DNA from: Nanobdellota archaeon
Lineage (GTDB): Archaea; Nanobdellota; Nanobdellia; Pacearchaeales; GW2011-AR1
Assembly (NCBI GenBank): GCA_030647965.1
Contig: JAUSIT010000016.1
Location: 8,429 to 72,428, forward strand
Direction of reading: 5' to 3'
DNA length: 64,000 nucleotides
In this document: positions 59,904-64,000 of the stretch, one piece after another
How the letters are laid out: each line of letters starts with the position of its first letter
How positions within the stretch are numbered: the first letter of the stretch is position 1
Notes under the pieces: model-generated
Told to the model about the DNA's origin: nothing
Seen by the model: only the letters and a program-made list of their open reading frames with translations
Database searches by the model: none
Position numbers and translations under genes: made by a program

Positions 59904-60722
59904 ATGAATGAGTTTCGCTTTAAAGATCTGTTTGAATTGCGAGGAGAACTTTCATCAAAGGTAAGCTTGATTTGTGAAATCATTGGAGTTGGATTTATTC
60001 TTGCTGCCTGGCAGATTATTACCCAATACAAAATTCTGCCAACAGGAATTTTTCCGTCGCCCTTAAAAATCCTGCTTGCTTTTCCTGAACTGCATTTTCA
60101 CGAGGGTCTGGTTCGCAATATGTTTTATTCATTAAAACTAAACCTCCTCGGCACTTTTGAAGCAGTTCTACTTGCAATTCCGCTCGGGTTTATCATCGGG
60201 CTTTTTCCTGGATTCAGGGCAATATCCTACAGATATATTAAGGCAGTAAGATATCTTGCCCTAACACTCCTCGTCGGGGTTTTCATTGCAATGTTCGGTA
60301 TTTTTGATATGATGAAAATTCAGTTTCTTGCATTTGCGATTTTCATCTATCTCTTGCCGACAGTGATTCAAAGAATTGATGAAACCTCGCAAGTTTACCT
60401 CGATACAATATATACTCTTGGAGCAAGAAAGTGGAAAACAATTCGTTATGTTTTCATACCTGATGTTCTTTCAAGAGTATATCCTGATATTGTAAACCTT
60501 GCTGCATTATCCTGGACTTACATTACCATCGCCGAGGTTGTCAATACTTCTTCTGGGGGCATTGGAGCACTTTCATTTCTTTCTTCAAGGCAATCAAGAA
60601 TTGACAAAACCTTTGCAATAATAATAGTCATTCTTTTAGTTGGCTTTATTATTGACAAGGTTCTCATTGCCCTTGGAAAAGCTCTCTTTCCGTATATGTA
60701 TGTAACAAAAGGAAGGAGATAA
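59904..60722 (+). CDS. ABC transporter permease (SsuC/TauC-like)
   Basis: PSP, TM segments, YLDTIYTLGA EAA-like loop, IAEVV..GGIG. Confidence 0.88.
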   Translation: MNEFRFKDLFELRGELSSKVSLICEIIGVGFILAAWQIITQYKILPTGIFPSPLKILLAFPELHFHEGLVRNMFYSLKLNLLGTFEAVLLAIPLGFIIGLFPGFRAISYRYIKAVRYLALTLLVGVFIAMFGIFDMMKIQFLAFAIFIYLLPTVIQRIDETSQVYLDTIYTLGARKWKTIRYVFIPDVLSRVYPDIVNLAALSWTYITIAEVVNTSSGGIGALSFLSSRQSRIDKTFAIIIVILLVGFIIDKVLIALGKALFPYMYVTKGRR

Positions 60723-60723
60723 T

Positions 60724-61584
60724 ATGGACGTTCCTATCACTCCTGTTTCCCCTCTGCCTGCAAACGGGCTTAATCCTGTATATTTTCCTGATAGTCCTCT
60801 TCCTGATATTATTGAACTGCGTAATATTTCGCAGTCCTACGATGGAGGGAAAAATTGGATTATCAAGGATTTAAATTTCAGGATTGAAGACCAACCTGCA
60901 ATGGGCGAATTTATTGTTATCCTCGGAAGATCTGGATGTGGGAAATCAACACTGCTTCGCTATCTTTGTGGCCTTCAAAAACCAACGCAAGGTGAAGTGC
61001 TGATAAATGGAAAACCAAGAACAGAAGAAACAGTCATCGCCCAGGTTTTCCAGCAGTACTCTTCTTTTCCATGGTATAGTGTTCTTGAAAATGTCATGCT
61101 TCCTTTAATTATTCAAGGAGTTGACAGAAGACAAGCAAAAGAAAAAGCCATGGAGATGATTCAACGCGTCGGTCTTGAAGGTCATGAAAAAAAGTGGGCG
61201 CTCTATCCACTTCTTTCTGGAGGCCAACTGCAACGAGTTGCAATCGCTCGAAGCCTTATTTCAAATCCCCACATCCTTCTTATGGATGAACCATTCGGCG
61301 GTTTGGATACTTTCACAAGGCATCAAATGCAACTCATGCTTGCCTCAATCTGGGAAGTGCTTCAGTCAACTGTGATATTTGTAACTCATAATATTGACGA
61401 AGCAGTTTTCCTTGCAGATAAAATTTATATTATGTCTGCAAATCCAGGGCAGATTGTCAAGAAGTATCATGTTGATTTGCCCACGCATCGCGACAAAAGC
61501 ACAAAGCGCGACCCTCGATTCACCCAGTTAGTTTGGGAAATCGAAGATGGAATCGATGAAGTCGCGAAGGCGTGCGGGAAGTAA
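60724..61584 (+). CDS. ABC transporter ATP-binding protein (SsuB/TauB-like)
   Basis: [27 protein letters not shown]. Confidence 0.95.
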   Translation: MDVPITPVSPLPANGLNPVYFPDSPLPDIIELRNISQSYDGGKNWIIKDLNFRIEDQPAMGEFIVILGRSGCGKSTLLRYLCGLQKPTQGEVLINGKPRTEETVIAQVFQQYSSFPWYSVLENVMLPLIIQGVDRRQAKEKAMEMIQRVGLEGHEKKWALYPLLSGGQLQRVAIARSLISNPHILLMDEPFGGLDTFTRHQMQLMLASIWEVLQSTVIFVTHNIDEAVFLADKIYIMSANPGQIVKKYHVDLPTHRDKSTKRDPRFTQLVWEIEDGIDEVAKACGK

Positions 61585-61591
61585 TTCCAAA

Positions 61592-61783
61592 AAAAATCCA
61601 GCCCTGCTGATGAGAACAACCAATAAGCAGCGTGAAACTCTGAACAGTATTCAGGTACGGCGTGAAACCAGAACATCGGGAAAGAAAACCATAAGCAGAA
61701 ATGCTAAGTGGAAATTGTTTCCTCGCCTGTGCAGTTTTATTTTTGCACATAAAAATGCTGACTAAGGGGCAAGTTGGATTTTT
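61592..61783 (+). ncRNA. candidate structured RNA
   Basis: closing stem AAAAATCCAGC/GTTGGATTTTT enclosing several hairpins; GC-richer than other spacers. Confidence 0.35.
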
Positions 61784-61832
61784 CAAAAAAGTAAACAATC
61801 TAACAAAAACATTTTTCAGAAAGAAGGACAGC

Positions 61833-62087
61833 ATGGAATTCATCGGTGCGTATTGGTGGTTATGGCTGATATTCTCTGTGATCTGCACAGGATATGCCAT
61901 ATTCAATCAGGTCAAGCGGATGAAAAACTTTCACCAAGTAATGCTCTCAAGAATGAACCCGGTCGCGGCATCCAATTCGTTCTTTTCTGGATTGATTCCT
62001 TTGATCATCTCGGGATTGCTGGCAACAGGGTTTAGTATACTCCTCGGGATTTCCATCGTCGTCAACATCATCCAGATGATCAAGTAA
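61833..62087 (+). CDS. small membrane protein
   Basis: RBS AAGGA, two TM segments. Confidence 0.6.
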   Translation: MEFIGAYWWLWLIFSVICTGYAIFNQVKRMKNFHQVMLSRMNPVAASNSFFSGLIPLIISGLLATGFSILLGISIVVNIIQMIK

Positions 62088-62217
62088 TCTTCCGGCGTCG
62101 TCGAAGAGAGCCCAATAATAAATAAAAAAGCATTGAGCCCTCTTGCTTTTTTCAAAAGAAGCGAGCAGTTTTATGAATTTTCATTTTAACATTTCAAAAT
62201 TTTTCAAGGAGTATATC

Positions 62218-62784
62218 ATGAAATCGTTTTTGATGATTCTCGTGGCTATTTTTCTCGCCAGCTTCATGTTTCTGAATGTTCCTGAGGTTTACTGCCAGAG
62301 CAATTCTTCGAGTGAGCAGATTCTCGTCGATACCAAGGACCTTCCGGCTGACGTCGTCGCCCAGATTAAAGCGAAACAGAAAGTCGAGAGCGTCGGTAAG
62401 TGGGTTGGAATGGGCAAGGAAATCGGCGAAGCAATGAATGGTGCCATGACTGCCCTGGAAGAACATGTTGATAAAATCGGAAATACTCGCGTCGGGAAAT
62501 TCACCATGTTTCTTGTTGCTTACAAAGTCATCGGCACTGATATGATTCAGTTGCTTATCGGTCTTCCCTTACTCATCATCGGCACCATGATATTTATTAT
62601 AACTTGGTTCCGAAGCTGTGTTAAACGAAAAGTCAAAAAAATAACATACGCAGCGGTCGGTGATAAAAAGGTAATCTCTGAAACAAGCGAGACCCTTGAA
62701 AACCCCGATTATGACTACTGCTGGGCATCAGTAGTTGTATATGCAATCTTTCTTGGCATCTGCACTGCAATCATTTTCACATAA
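62218..62784 (+). CDS. membrane protein
   Basis: RBS AAGGAG; WVGMGKEIG...TRVGKFT; TM segments. Confidence 0.7.
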   Translation: MKSFLMILVAIFLASFMFLNVPEVYCQSNSSSEQILVDTKDLPADVVAQIKAKQKVESVGKWVGMGKEIGEAMNGAMTALEEHVDKIGNTRVGKFTMFLVAYKVIGTDMIQLLIGLPLLIIGTMIFIITWFRSCVKRKVKKITYAAVGDKKVISETSETLENPDYDYCWASVVVYAIFLGICTAIIFT

Positions 62785-62853
62785 TCACATTCAATCTTCT
62801 AAACAAATTCAGGAGTTTAACAATCAAACGAATTTAAAGAGGAGGTGAAAAAC

Positions 62854-63048
62854 ATGACATGCTTAATATCTGCCTTTATCTGCCTGCTGGCGGCGATTGT
62901 TCTTCTGGCTCTCCTCTGGCCGATTTTCTGGGCAATCTTCAAAATCACTCTGGGGGTCTTTATCATTGCGATTATTTGGAAATGGTTGATGAAAAGGACC
63001 AAGGATAAACCTACTACTCCGACCCCGCCGACAAATCCCGCCATGTAA
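62854..63048 (+). CDS. small membrane protein with Pro-rich tail
   Basis: RBS GAGGAGGTGA. Confidence 0.6.
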   Translation: MTCLISAFICLLAAIVLLALLWPIFWAIFKITLGVFIIAIIWKWLMKRTKDKPTTPTPPTNPAM

Positions 63049-63137
63049 CATCTGGCTCCGAGGGCATTATGATTTTAATTATATAGTGCCCTTTTATTTT
63101 TAACAATTTAATAAAAAAGAAAAGAGGTGAAAAAACC

Positions 63138-63257
63138 ATGAAGAAAAAGAATGGAGTGTATCGGGTTTGTCCTAACTGCAAAACCGAAAACCCCAAGCAT
63201 TCCACTAAATGCCCGAGTTGCAAGCGCGATTTACGCAAGGGTAAAAGTGGTCAATAA
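63138..63257 (+). CDS. small zinc-ribbon protein
   Basis: 39 aa, CPNC...CPSC, RBS GAGGTGA. Confidence 0.55.
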   Translation: MKKKNGVYRVCPNCKTENPKHSTKCPSCKRDLRKGKSGQ

Positions 63258-63327
63258 TAAGTAAGTTGTAAATCCTTTATTTAAAAAGAGAGGCACTATA
63301 ATTCTATTATATAGTGCCTCTCTTAAA

Positions 63328-63356
63328 TTGAAAATAATTCTCAATTTTTATATATA
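63328..63356 (+). promoter_or_regulatory. sigma70-like promoter
   Basis: TTGAAA-N17-TATATA after a hairpin. Confidence 0.5.
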
Positions 63357-63409
63357 GAAAGAAACGAGCAGTTAAAAAACAAAACAATTTTTTTTCTTGG
63401 GGGTGTATT

Positions 63410-63829
63410 ATGAAAAAGTTTTGGTGGTGGGTGATTGGCTTGATTGCTTTGCCGTTAGTGGTTCTGGGTCTGAGTACATTTTTCGGGGCTGACAACACTA
63501 ACGAACTGGTCGTGCTTTCCACCCTTATTACAATCGGTGGGCTGATTCTGGTGGCAGCAAGTCAACAGTCCACAAAAACATTAAAGCCCCAGGTGCCTCC
63601 AGCTATAAGACATATCTATGTCTTTTCAGCCTCGGGAATTCTTCTGCTTCACTCTATTGTTGTTGGGAAAATTGGGAATAGTCCAACATGCAGCTTCCCT
63701 ATAGAATCTATTTCATGGGAAGATGATAAAGGAAATTCTCACCGACAATATCTTTCCGGTGCAGTCAGTGTTCATATTTCCAATGTTCCTCTTCCGGATT
63801 CTCTGACTCCGCCGGCACCGCAGAAGTAA
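63410..63829 (+). CDS. membrane-anchored hypothetical protein
   Basis: RBS GGGGGTG, two TM segments. Confidence 0.65.
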   Translation: MKKFWWWVIGLIALPLVVLGLSTFFGADNTNELVVLSTLITIGGLILVAASQQSTKTLKPQVPPAIRHIYVFSASGILLLHSIVVGKIGNSPTCSFPIESISWEDDKGNSHRQYLSGAVSVHISNVPLPDSLTPPAPQK

Positions 63830-64000
63830 TCTCCTGGCAGTAATCAATTGTTTTTCTCTGAAGGGGTGTCATAGTTCTATTCTATGATACCCTTGGGATT
63901 TTAATAAAAATTTTTTTGCATTTTTTTTTTTGGCTTTCTATTATATACTTTAATATAGTATATTAAGATATATATGTTAGGATAGATAAATAACTAAGGG

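Larger units (their letters stand above)
46456..63894 (+). repeat. dispersed intergenic hairpin family, 12 copies: 46456-46490, 48391-48426, 50091-50130, 50743-50779, 50957-50993, 52097-52133, 54983-55019, 59843-59880, 62104-62144, 63061-63092, 63287-63323, 63862-63894
   Basis: three identical 37-mers AGAGAGGCATTATAGTTCTATTATATAGTGCCTCTCT plus near-identical and covarying variants, all intergenic and mostly just after a stop codon. Confidence 0.9.

Noticed and set aside
61607-61662. Hammerhead ribozyme call
   Set aside because: Core words are present but stem II does not pair and stem I has only about 3 bp; kept only as a candidate RNA
63138-63257. Ribosomal protein L40e
   Set aside because: Only a generic double-CxxC ribbon; the context is not ribosomal
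48391-63323. 37 bp palindromic repeats as a CRISPR array
   Set aside because: Copies are separated by hundreds to thousands of bases of genes, not 30-40 bp spacers; no cas genes in the window
46456-63894. Canonical integron attC sites
   Set aside because: Some copies follow TAAC, but there is no consistent complementary GTTRRRY box or extrahelical-base pattern, and no IntI in the window

Overview
The window has two very different halves. Bases 1 to ~45,900 are AT-rich archaeal DNA, most consistent with a DPANN archaeon (Pacearchaeota/Woesearchaeota-like). Markers are archaeal-type ProRS, GatB plus GatD/GatE, an intron-containing tRNA-Arg(TCG), TrmB and AbrB-PhoU regulators, RecJ-like and HerA-like genes, and TATA-like boxes just upstream of starts. 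This half carries an ~11 kb NAD+/ADP-ribose cluster: pncB-pncA-nadE-Nudix-NDT-like-ARH, then NMNAT-like-Ser/Thr kinase-vWA-pyruvate-kinase-like, then nadD-radical SAM, then nrtR, with five GT-N7-AC NrtR boxes. It also holds two small repeat families. One is an AT-flanked double-hairpin element inserted into coding sequences (ARH, NMNAT-like, tgt, yggS), whose exact removal restores clean proteins. The other is a ~200 bp MITE-like element with a relocatable internal hairpin. From ~46,150 to the end, all plausible genes are on the + strand with bacterial-type signals: extended AAGGAGGTGA RBS, TTGAAA-N17-TATA promoters, and OmpA and beta-barrel proteins. These mostly small membrane proteins are separated by a modular spacer containing a covarying ~37 nt hairpin (12 copies), forming a gene-cassette-like array that also holds an SPFH/OmpA-ABC module. 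This half may be a bacterial (CPR-like) or phage contig joined to the archaeal one, or a genuine island; the sequence alone cannot decide. All calls are by eye from motifs; no searches were run.
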